Assembly (NCBI GenBank): GCA_040222015.1 | Contig: JAVJWO010000142.1 | Coordinates: 1 to 49,530, forward strand | Length of the DNA stretch: 49,530 nt | Direction of reading: 5' to 3' | Source: Coleofasciculus chthonoplastes F2-STO-03 | Lineage (GTDB): Bacteria > Cyanobacteriota > Cyanobacteriia > Cyanobacteriales > Coleofasciculaceae | Shown here: one piece after another, positions 9,873 to 18,373 of the stretch | Layout: every line of letters begins with the position of its first letter | Numbering within the stretch: the first letter of the stretch is position 1 | The notes under the pieces: generated by a model | What the model was told of the DNA's origin: nothing | Database searches by the model: none | The model's input: only the letters and a program-made list of their open reading frames with translations | Translations under genes and position numbers: made by a program

Positions 9873-10943
9873 CTAATGAACATATTCGCCATAGGCAAAC
9901 CCCCTAGCTTGTATTATTTCACTTTGAAGCACCAGAGTCATGTCAACCGAACCTGTCACTTCCTCAATAAAGGTATATTGGCGACTCTGATTATCGGGTA
10001 CAATTAACTCACTGGTGGCATCAAACGCCATGGTTAATGACAATTGATCCTGATCATCAGCCGCTTGAACCTGTAACCGTTGGGGCATACTCACCGTGCG
10101 ATCGCCAAACAGTGACGCCATAATTCCGGGTAGACGTAACGGTAAACTGGCAGTGGCAGACCAATCCCAATCAATTTGTAACGTAGCCCCCAAAAACACC
10201 TTCCGCAAGCGAGTGCCGGAATAGATAAAAATATAGGGTAAGCCACTAATGGAATGGTCTTTATTCGTGCGTTTATCCAATACGAGAGTGAACGATCTGC
10301 CCTTTTTGTCTGTAACATAAGCGACAAACCATTCCCAACCAATATCCTCGCCCCAGCGAAACCGACCAAAATTGCGATCGTGATAGCAGAACCAGTCGTG
10401 ATCAATGGCAAAGGATCGTCCACAAACCGATAAGTCTCCCGAAACTTTTAATCCGGGGATCAATCCCCAACCAATAAACCCGCTACCGAATGGCGCATCT
10501 TCGGTTACTAATAGAGGCATGGCTTCAGCTTGTCCTTGAAGGTTGAGGGAAAGCTGCGCCCTCTCGTCATGCACTTGCACCGATGAGTTTATGCCGTTAA
10601 TTTCTAGATTGATCCCCTTCCCTTGCAGACGTAAGGGATGACGACATACCATGTCCGGTTCCCAGTCTAGGCTAAAGGTTGTGCCAAAGGTTGCCACTGA
10701 GGGAGAGGATTCCAGTTCTGGATTAATTTGGGTGGAGGGCAAGTTGACAATAAAGCTAACTTGCATCTGCCCCTGTTCCGGTTTGCCGATGAGAGTCGCG
10801 TTGACAAGTAGGCGGATTCCCGTTTTCAGATCCAGCACAATAAAGTGATACCAATCCTTCCAATCCAGAGGTAAGGCGGGATCTTCTAGGGGAATGCGTA
10901 AAGCTTCGACACGGTTAAGGAGAACTTGTTCGTTGACATTCAT
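9873..10943 (-). CDS. CrtC/AttH/tocopherol-cyclase-like (double lipocalin barrel) protein
   Basis: KDWYHF, YHDRNFG and GWEWF motifs resemble the EWWY, DHxWG and WDW signatures of this superfamily. Confidence 0.6.
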   Translation of the reverse strand: MNVNEQVLLNRVEALRIPLEDPALPLDWKDWYHFIVLDLKTGIRLLVNATLIGKPEQGQMQVSFIVNLPSTQINPELESSPSVATFGTTFSLDWEPDMVCRHPLRLQGKGINLEINGINSSVQVHDERAQLSLNLQGQAEAMPLLVTEDAPFGSGFIGWGLIPGLKVSGDLSVCGRSFAIDHDWFCYHDRNFGRFRWGEDIGWEWFVAYVTDKKGRSFTLVLDKRTNKDHSISGLPYIFIYSGTRLRKVFLGATLQIDWDWSATASLPLRLPGIMASLFGDRTVSMPQRLQVQAADDQDQLSLTMAFDATSELIVPDNQSRQYTFIEEVTGSVDMTLVLQSEIIQARGFAYGEYVH

Positions 10944-12613
10944 CGCCCCAAAGAACCTCCTTCATTAAGAACATCATCGAATTTGACAGGGGAAGTTGGG
11001 GTAGGAGTGAGAGGTGGTGGGGCTTGATCCGCGATCGCCTGTACATATCTCGCCAGTTTCGGTGATACCTGAATCAGTCCGAACAGAATCCCCACAAACC
11101 AGCGCTGGGCATCCATTCCCAGTTCACAGACAAAGGTTTTTGTCGCCGCATTGGATACAGAAACTGGGTTGTCTATCCCTTTAACGTTTAAGGCATTGGC
11201 AACTAATGTCCATAACCATTGTTCGCCGACATGAAGTAATCCCCCTTGTCCCATCTGCACCCCTAGAGAGGAATGATACGCCGCCGCCGCCGATTGACTG
11301 ATCACCAGCCACCGGGGGGCTTGCGCCGAAGCAAAGGCGAGGACGCCATTCTTGAAGAAACGAGTACGGCTGAGTCGATTGAGTAATTGACTACCCGCTT
11401 CTGTGCGGCTATAGATATCTCCTTGTTGTGCCAACAGGATGAGGAGTTCTACCACCAACCAACGTCCTGGAAGCGCATCCAGTCCGGGTAATCCCGTGGT
11501 TAAACTGTAGCTGGCTTGGGCGGCAATGGTTTGATCAACAATCGGTAGAGTTGAGTCTTGAGTTGCGATCGCCCGGAAACAATCCGCCATTCTGGGTGAC
11601 ACTTGGGCAAGTCCTAAAATCAGTCCCGCAAACCATTTTTCAGGGTTTTGAGTGTTGAGTATTGACGCTTCGCTACGCTGATATGGAACCGGGTTTGTAG
11701 GGGCGGGTTTAGGGATTTTCTTGTCGCTAGTGATAGTAACGTTTGAACAAAACCCGCCCTTATTCAATTCTGAGTGAACTTCCCCATCTCCCCTATCTTC
11801 CCTATCTCCCCCATCTCCCCAACCTCCCCCATTTTCCATTTCAATATCAGTTTGGGCTAAATCAAATAACCATTCCTCCCAAATCGAAAGCAGATGCTGT
11901 TGTCCAATTTGCGCGGCGAGGAGAGTATTCGCCATCGAGATACTACTCGATATCCAAGCCGGAACTTGGGCTAAGGAAAAGGCATAAACGCCATTTTTAA
12001 AGAACTGGGTGCGACTCAGTTGGGTAAGGAGTTCATTCCCTTGGGGCGTTTGGGCATAATTGGTTCCATGTTGACACAACCGAGTTAACAGTTCCGCCAC
12101 CAACCAACGGGCAGGAATTTTATCCAAATCGATTAATCCCGACATGAGACCAAAGATTCCAGCGGTACTGGGTTCAGACGTTCCCAAGTAGTTTGCCTTA
12201 CTGTCTCTCGGTGGCGGAAATGTCACCATTAAGGGATGGATGACGGGAGTGCGATCGCTGGCTTTTATTGTTTCTAAAAGTTCTAATTGGATGGGAATAG
12301 CGTCTTCTAGCCAACCGGGAAATCTTAACCAGGTTTTCAGGCTTGTCCCACTGGGTAAATATTCGGGAAGGGAAACCGTTAACTGACAGGTCAACTCATA
12401 CTCTGGAAACAAATAAACATAGGTGGGTTCTAAACGACTCACCATTGGTAAAAGCTCGCTGTCATTGAGCTGCCAATCATCGAGAGTTGGACGTAACAGT
12501 ACGGCTTCATGAAGCTGATTCCGGATCAAGAGCTGGAAAACTAAGTCTGTGCCGGAAGGGATTTGTAATCTTACTTGGGGCAGGGTATGGGGGTTTTCTA
12601 AGCGTTGACTCAT
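10940..12613 (-). CDS. Hypothetical protein with two internally duplicated helical domains
   Basis: 557 aa; LD.[IL]P.RWLV.ELL...LSRT.FFKNGV.AF..AQ.P.W occurs twice; ATGA overlap with the next gene. Confidence 0.8.
   Translation of the reverse strand: MSQRLENPHTLPQVRLQIPSGTDLVFQLLIRNQLHEAVLLRPTLDDWQLNDSELLPMVSRLEPTYVYLFPEYELTCQLTVSLPEYLPSGTSLKTWLRFPGWLEDAIPIQLELLETIKASDRTPVIHPLMVTFPPPRDSKANYLGTSEPSTAGIFGLMSGLIDLDKIPARWLVAELLTRLCQHGTNYAQTPQGNELLTQLSRTQFFKNGVYAFSLAQVPAWISSSISMANTLLAAQIGQQHLLSIWEEWLFDLAQTDIEMENGGGWGDGGDREDRGDGEVHSELNKGGFCSNVTITSDKKIPKPAPTNPVPYQRSEASILNTQNPEKWFAGLILGLAQVSPRMADCFRAIATQDSTLPIVDQTIAAQASYSLTTGLPGLDALPGRWLVVELLILLAQQGDIYSRTEAGSQLLNRLSRTRFFKNGVLAFASAQAPRWLVISQSAAAAYHSSLGVQMGQGGLLHVGEQWLWTLVANALNVKGIDNPVSVSNAATKTFVCELGMDAQRWFVGILFGLIQVSPKLARYVQAIADQAPPPLTPTPTSPVKFDDVLNEGGSLGR
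11697..11830. mobile_element. REPIN-like element plus C-rich 9-mer array inserted in frame in a CDS
   Basis: gtaggggcgggttt...aaaacccgccct (11697-11760) and ccccatctc units (11781-11830), same type as the intergenic repeats. Confidence 0.8.
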
Positions 12614-12774
12614 TGAACACCTGTCATCCGGCGTTTTACTCCATCTATTTTAATCATTATTTTATCTTTAATCCGCTTTTTTTACTGCAAAACTTCGTTA
12701 AGTTAAATGACGTTTACATGACTAATAGACGTGCCTTAGCACGTCTCTACATTAATCAGAAGTCAATGGATGAT

Positions 12775-13764
12775 TTAATCCAGAACCATCCAATCAACGG
12801 TGATACACCCTTTATTATCCCAATACCATCCCGGCTCATCATTCATTTTAAAGATGACAATTTGACCTGCTTTTAAGCTAAGAGTTTTTGCACTGCTGAT
12901 TTCTTCAATAACTTCACCACTAGCTTGATCTACAGCAACAAGTGAATAGGGCGTATTGTTTGGATACGTCACATGACTCAGTAGCTCAGCCCCTGGTTCT
13001 CCGGCTGCGGTAATTTCTACTCCGTCTTTCACCGACCAAGTACCAGAAGGAGTGACTTTGATTTTAGCAGCCGTGTCCATAGGATTTTGAAACTCCATCC
13101 CTTGTTCAAAACTCGCATGGACTTGCAATTGACCTGAGGGGAGGACTTTTTTCTCAAAGGCTTTATAGATTACATTATTTTGGGAAAAGTTATAAAACGC
13201 AATTCGCCCTTCACTAAAATCGCCGTCAATATCAATTTCTAAACTGCCATTTACTGAAACTTGTAAATTCGTTTTGGTATAAACAAAGTCAAACGTATTT
13301 TCAACATTTTTCTCCCATCCCTTGTTGCCTAGAGTTTTTCCCCGCGCTAGTTCAGTCACGTTCCCGGTATGGCTCCAGAAAGCAGATTCATCTTTAGGAA
13401 TTCCATTGATTAAGGATACCGCTAATCCGGTTTTGGCTAGTCCCCACTTATGTTTCTGCTGACCTTTCCTCCAATCGACGAGTAGATATTTAGCGGAATT
13501 ATTTGTGGTGTCTCCGGGTTGGAAACCTAGGGCAAACCCAATAAAATCATCATCCCCAGTATTGCCGACGCTTATTTTCCCGGAGACTTTAGTATTAAAA
13601 ACATTAAATGGACTGTAAAATAATGTGGGTTTACCATTCTTTTTCTGGATCACTTCTTGACCATTCCGGGATACATCCCATTTGCCTGCACCCTTTGCAT
13701 AGGATTCTTCTTTCCAGTCGTTGAGATCGACGGTTTCGACTTTGACTTGAGCCATTTCATTCAC
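12775..13764 (-). CDS. Thrombospondin C-terminal (TSP_C)-like domain plus LecA/PA-IL-like lectin domain
   Basis: GDDDFIGFALGFQ..LVDWRK and GRIAFYNFSQ resemble TSP_C; C-terminal FKMNDEPGWYWDNKGCITV resembles the LecA Ca/sugar loop. Confidence 0.7.
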   Translation of the reverse strand: MNEMAQVKVETVDLNDWKEESYAKGAGKWDVSRNGQEVIQKKNGKPTLFYSPFNVFNTKVSGKISVGNTGDDDFIGFALGFQPGDTTNNSAKYLLVDWRKGQQKHKWGLAKTGLAVSLINGIPKDESAFWSHTGNVTELARGKTLGNKGWEKNVENTFDFVYTKTNLQVSVNGSLEIDIDGDFSEGRIAFYNFSQNNVIYKAFEKKVLPSGQLQVHASFEQGMEFQNPMDTAAKIKVTPSGTWSVKDGVEITAAGEPGAELLSHVTYPNNTPYSLVAVDQASGEVIEEISSAKTLSLKAGQIVIFKMNDEPGWYWDNKGCITVDWMVLD

Positions 13765-13976
13765 TCTTTGTAATTTATCATTTGTGAAGTCAAGTTGTCC
13801 CTGTAAATTTATAAACTTGACAACGACCCTAAAAATTAGGATTCTCTTATTCTAGTCGAGCATTCATTTAAATCTACTCAAAACCATTTATTTTTTCAAA
13901 ACTTAACATTTTGTAATCATTTTTTGATCATCCAGACAGCAAAAAGCCATAACGAATGACAAATGACGATCCCAAC

Positions 13977-15341
13977 CTACTTACTTCGATAAATGACATA
14001 ATTAATCAACTCCTTCATAAATCGACGGTCATGCACTGGAGAGCCCCATTGTTCGCCTGGTCGCAGTGGCGTTTCCGGGAACAAAAACTCTAAGGAATTA
14101 AAGATATCTGCCGCTTTTTGGGCAAGCGATCGCGCCACGTTCCACCCGTGTTCAATACTACCACACCGCTGCATTTGCTCCATAATGAAGGCAACATGAT
14201 CCGGATGTTTCTGGGTACGAGGTAGAGCCAGAATTGCCCGCATTTTCTCTGCTTCCTGTTTACTGTTGGCTAAAACATGGTTCAACATCAACGTGCGTTT
14301 CCCTTCATAGATATCACCACCAATTTCTTTGCCATAAGCTTCCATTTCCCCCTGGAGATTTAACAAATCATCTTGGATTTGAAACGCGATCCCCAAAATC
14401 ATGCCAAATCGGGTTAATCCTGCCAAGGGTTCGACCAAATCCTGCACACTTGCGGCAGGATATCCGACAATTAGACCAATCCGACAAGGAGTAATAAAGG
14501 AATACCAGCAGGTCTTTTTCACGCACATGGTAAAGTAATCTTGGTCACTCAGATGGAAGGGATTTGTCGCCACCCAATCCAATTCCATTGCTTGACCTTC
14601 CACAGATTGCCGCGCCATGAATTCAATTTCATGTAAAATATTCAGCGCCTTCGATACCCCCAGCACGGATAAATTTTCCAGCAGCAATCCCACCGCTAAA
14701 ACATTCGTCGCATCTCCCACATTAATCGCACGGGGAATGCCAATCATTTGATGTAAGGTTCCCTTTCCCCGTCGAGACTCAGATTCATCTTCGATATCAT
14801 CGTGAATCAAAAACGCATTATGATACAGTTCCAAGGCGGCAGCCGCCGTTAAAGCCGAATGTCCCATTCCTCCCACCGCCCGGGCAACACTAATACACAT
14901 TGTCGGACGCAGCATTTTCCCAACGCGAAAAGGATAATCACTTAACAGTTCATAGAGGGGAGTATAAGCGCCGGAGACTTGGCGCTGAGTTTGGATAAAT
15001 TCCTCAATCTTGACAAAAATGGCATCGCGTGATCCCTGTAGTGCCTCGTTGATAATGGTTTGATTAAACTTAGAGGAATCGGCGGCAAGACGTTGCTCCT
15101 GAGCATCCTGTGCCGCCTCTAATTGGGCAAGATCCGATAAGGTTGTGGCAATCGCCTTACGACTTCCTGAATCAATATCGGATACCGTTGACGATGAAGG
15201 CTTAGAGATCGGGGGGTGAGGCAGTAAAACTTGGCGGGGTGTGCCTTTCAACTTGAGGGTTGGGAATTTTTTTGGGTCATACAATAACAGACTGAAGAAG
15301 ATAAAAAATACGAGAAATAAGAATAGTCCTAACATTAACAA
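13977..15341 (-). CDS. Polyprenyl diphosphate synthase (GGPP synthase-like) with N-terminal membrane anchor
   Basis: GKMLRP, LIHDDIEDES..RRG (FARM), GQAMEL, KKT, FQIQDD (SARM), DIYEGKRT; SD AGAGGA upstream. Confidence 0.93.
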   Translation of the reverse strand: MLMLGLFLFLVFFIFFSLLLYDPKKFPTLKLKGTPRQVLLPHPPISKPSSSTVSDIDSGSRKAIATTLSDLAQLEAAQDAQEQRLAADSSKFNQTIINEALQGSRDAIFVKIEEFIQTQRQVSGAYTPLYELLSDYPFRVGKMLRPTMCISVARAVGGMGHSALTAAAALELYHNAFLIHDDIEDESESRRGKGTLHQMIGIPRAINVGDATNVLAVGLLLENLSVLGVSKALNILHEIEFMARQSVEGQAMELDWVATNPFHLSDQDYFTMCVKKTCWYSFITPCRIGLIVGYPAASVQDLVEPLAGLTRFGMILGIAFQIQDDLLNLQGEMEAYGKEIGGDIYEGKRTLMLNHVLANSKQEAEKMRAILALPRTQKHPDHVAFIMEQMQRCGSIEHGWNVARSLAQKAADIFNSLEFLFPETPLRPGEQWGSPVHDRRFMKELINYVIYRSK

Positions 15342-15376
15342 TTTTCCTCTAAAGTTTCGGTTCAGGGCTATTCGTC

Positions 15377-16072
15377 TTAGTCCTTATTAATCAAAATAGC
15401 CCCGATGACAATGTGACGCCCATTGGACGGATCGAAAACGACAACATTCAAGCCGCGCTGATATCCTCCCGTAAAGAAAACAAGTTCCCCATTACAGGTA
15501 ACTTGAGCCATGTTACCCCAATTATTCCCTGCTGATGTCGCGGCGATGGTAAAACTGGGAACACTCACCTTTGTCGCTGTAATCTCCCGCGAACAAGTAA
15601 CCGCCGCCTGATTAGACAACTTTTCTGTTGCCGTTCCCGGTGCAGCACCCGTTTGACCAATTATCGCCCAAGAACTGCGAAATTGCAGGTCATCAATCAG
15701 GCGACTTCCCAAGGATTTACAGGCTCTTTTGCCCCGTTCAGATAAATTAAAGTTAGCATCATCTTTAATGGCAATGGCGACAATTCGACCTAGAGGTAAG
15801 GTGGAGACAAATTGGGTAAAGGATTCGGAGTTACCTGAGTTAAAGGTATCAAATGTCGTACCAAAAATGGGTTGTCCGGTAAATTCATCGAAGACGGCGA
15901 CATTGAGTCCGCGATTGTAGAAATTCTCACCCAAGTCTTGGGTATTGAACCTAATCGACGCCGAGTTCCCATGATTATAACCGGCTGAAGACACCTGTAC
16001 TGTTGTCGTGACGCCGTTTCTGGCAGGGTTAACGTTTGTTGTGTTCATAGGATTTACTAACCTGATGACCAA
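15377..16072 (-). CDS. ILEI/PANDER domain protein, second domain truncated
   Basis: One full ILEI unit; the second stops just after RGLNVVVFDPSNG; start probably the Met at 16048. Confidence 0.8.
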   Translation of the reverse strand: MVIRLVNPMNTTNVNPARNGVTTTVQVSSAGYNHGNSASIRFNTQDLGENFYNRGLNVAVFDEFTGQPIFGTTFDTFNSGNSESFTQFVSTLPLGRIVAIAIKDDANFNLSERGKRACKSLGSRLIDDLQFRSSWAIIGQTGAAPGTATEKLSNQAAVTCSREITATKVSVPSFTIAATSAGNNWGNMAQVTCNGELVFFTGGYQRGLNVVVFDPSNGRHIVIGAILINKD

Positions 16073-16414
16073 TGAGAGGTGACAGCGTTTTAGCTTGAGG
16101 GACTCTTGCTGGGGGCGCTTTCTTCGGCTGCTCGTCTGGTGAACTCAAGAATTAGACTTTCCTTATGGCTTCCTATCCTTGAATAAGGGAAGGGATAAGA
16201 AATGAGAGTGTACAAATCAGATGTGAACATTCATTCACGTTAAACCCTTACGGGGAGTCAAATTCAGCAAAATTTTCGTTCACGAATCATTTAATATTAC
16301 TCTATAGCTATATATTTTTTGAGATTAGAGAAGAAAATTAACAGACTTTATTTACATCAAGCTAATGATAGGCTAAAAAATAATCCTACCACTAATATTG
16401 TGCAGGGATGTTAG

Positions 16415-16648
16415 GAGATGGGGAGCTGGGGAAGCTGGGGAAGCCAATGTAGAGACGTGCCATGGCACGTCTGGGAGCTGGGGGAAAAGAGGCGTTCCGA
16501 TAAAACATCTTTTGTAGGGGCGGGTTTTACTGCTAACGTTTCGTTTTCACCCTAATGTAACTAAACCCGCCCCGACCTAACCGTTCAATTATCGCAAATG
16601 ACAAATGACAAATGACCAATGACAAATGACCAATGACCAATGACCAAT
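16415..16648. repeat. Composite intergenic mosaic: G-rich 9-mers, REP palindrome, REPIN-like element (16514-16576), STRR array (16595-16648)
   Basis: Direct reading of the repeat units. Confidence 0.9.
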
Positions 16649-17920
16649 AAACATATTGTTTTAACAGCCTACGGCTCATTTGGCGATATTCATCCCTATA
16701 TGGCGATCGCACTAGAGTTACAAGCACGGGGACATCGTACTGTTATTGCCACAAGTGAACTGTATCGCTACAAGATTGAAGCCGAGGGAATTGGATTTTA
16801 TCCGGTTCGTTACGATAGTGCGATCGATATGCAGCAGGATGGCGAGTTTATCGGAGTGCTGTCAGAATCCCGTCGGGAAAGTGAATATACTATCTGTTAT
16901 CTATTAATGCCCCATCTGAGGGCGACGTACAAGGCGTTACTGGAGGCGGTACAGGGTGCGGATCTCCTGGTGACGCACCACTTAAGCTTTGCTGGATCAT
17001 TAATTGCGGCAAAAACAGGGATTCCGTGGGTGTCAACGGTTCTCTCTCCGATCCTATTTATGTCAGCTTATGATTCCCAAACCCTTTCCACTACAACCAT
17101 CTCCCCTTATGAACAAGCCTTAGCTGTTGTCGCCAATGACGCCCGTCTACGCCAATTTCGTTGGCAAGCCCGATTGTGGAGTGCGCCGATACGTCAACTG
17201 CGGGGGGAATTGGGGTTACCAGCCAGTTGTGATCCGGTGTTTGAAGGTCAACATTCGCCAGATTTGGTACTGGCGTTATTTTCTTCAAAGCTCGCCAAGC
17301 CGCAAGCGGATTGGTGTCCCCAAGTTCAAGTGACGGGGTTTCCTTTTTATGATCGCGCTAAACAGGAGAATTTGTCTCCAGAATTGGCAAGGTTTCTGGA
17401 CTCTGGAGCTCCTCCTATTATATTTACCTTGGGTTCGCTGATGGTATGGACACCCGGAAACTTCTATTTAGAAGGTGCGATCGCGGCTCAACAGTTAGGA
17501 TACCGTGCCGTGTTACTGGTGGGCAAGGGAGTCCATAACCTACCGTTAGAACAGTTACCCGAAGGGGTGATTATGGTTGACTATGCACCCCACTCCGAAA
17601 TTTTCCCCCGTGGGGCGGTGATTGTCCATCATGGCGGAGTTGGCACCACTGGACAAGCTTTGCGATCGGGGCGTCCCATGTTGGTGGTACCTTATGCTCA
17701 TGATCAGCCTGATAATGCCATGCGTTTGGTGCGTTTAGGGGTAGCGCGTACTCTCGCCCGACATGAGTACAGTGCGAATACATTAACAGCGGAACTCAAG
17801 CAACTCTTGTTTGAGCCGAGTTATGGAAGCAAAGCCGCCGAGGTGGGAAAGCGGGTGCAGCAAGAAGATGGAGTCAAGGCGGCGAGTGACGCGATCGAAA
17901 CCTATCTCAGATCGAAGTAG
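16640..17920 (+). CDS. GT1-family (GT-B) glycosyltransferase, RhlB/EryCIII/sterol glucosyltransferase-like
   Basis: GSFGDIHP N-terminal motif; HHGGVGTT and PYAHDQPDNA nucleotide-sugar motifs. Confidence 0.93.
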   Translation: MTNKHIVLTAYGSFGDIHPYMAIALELQARGHRTVIATSELYRYKIEAEGIGFYPVRYDSAIDMQQDGEFIGVLSESRRESEYTICYLLMPHLRATYKALLEAVQGADLLVTHHLSFAGSLIAAKTGIPWVSTVLSPILFMSAYDSQTLSTTTISPYEQALAVVANDARLRQFRWQARLWSAPIRQLRGELGLPASCDPVFEGQHSPDLVLALFSSKLAKPQADWCPQVQVTGFPFYDRAKQENLSPELARFLDSGAPPIIFTLGSLMVWTPGNFYLEGAIAAQQLGYRAVLLVGKGVHNLPLEQLPEGVIMVDYAPHSEIFPRGAVIVHHGGVGTTGQALRSGRPMLVVPYAHDQPDNAMRLVRLGVARTLARHEYSANTLTAELKQLLFEPSYGSKAAEVGKRVQQEDGVKAASDAIETYLRSK

Positions 17921-17980
17921 AGATGTTGCATGCAACGTCTGGAACAACAGTTCGTTTGTCCTAATCGATGTGTCTACTGC

Positions 17981-18080
17981 TATAGCATTACGCATTGAGG
18001 TTAGGACAATAAAATTGGATGAAAAAGCAACAGGCAACAGGCAACAGGGGAATGTCCTAACCTATCCCGGTAGTGCTATA
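17981..18080. mobile_element. MITE-like element with TATAGCA-N~14-TAGGACA terminal inverted repeats
   Basis: Left end tatagcattacgcattgaggttaggaca; right end tgtcctaacctatcccggtagtgctata. Confidence 0.7.
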
Positions 18081-18117
18081 TATAACAAAATAGCGAGCGA
18101 GACGCTCGCACTACTGT

Positions 18118-18223
18118 TATAGCAATAGACACATCGATTAGGACGTTCGGCACCATTGTAGAGACGCGCCATGGCGCGTCTCTACATAAATGATGTGTCC
18201 TAACAGCCATGGCGGTTGCTATA
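18118..18223. mobile_element. Second MITE-like element of the same family, carrying a 30 bp perfect palindrome
   Basis: tatagcaatagacacatcgattaggac ... tgtcctaacagccatggcggttgctata; internal tgtagagacgcgccatggcgcgtctctaca at 18157-18186. Confidence 0.7.
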
Positions 18224-18373
18224 CCTCCTGCCTTTTGCCTTCCGCCTTCTGCCTTAACTCCGATTCAGAAATGGCGAGGAGGGGCATAAAGGACCCAAGT
18301 TCCTGATGTCCACCGAGAACAGCGGCTCTTCGTGGTAACAGCAGGGGAGAATCTGGGGTCTGTTCAAGTTGCA

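Noticed and set aside
9873..15341. Canonical carotenoid operon (crtE/crtC)
   Set aside because: No phytoene synthase or desaturase, and the synthase is unlike typical cyanobacterial CrtE, so no crt symbols were assigned
16222..16239. CRP-like site TGTGA..TCACG in the divergent promoter
   Set aside because: Spacer is 8 nt rather than the canonical 6, with no further support
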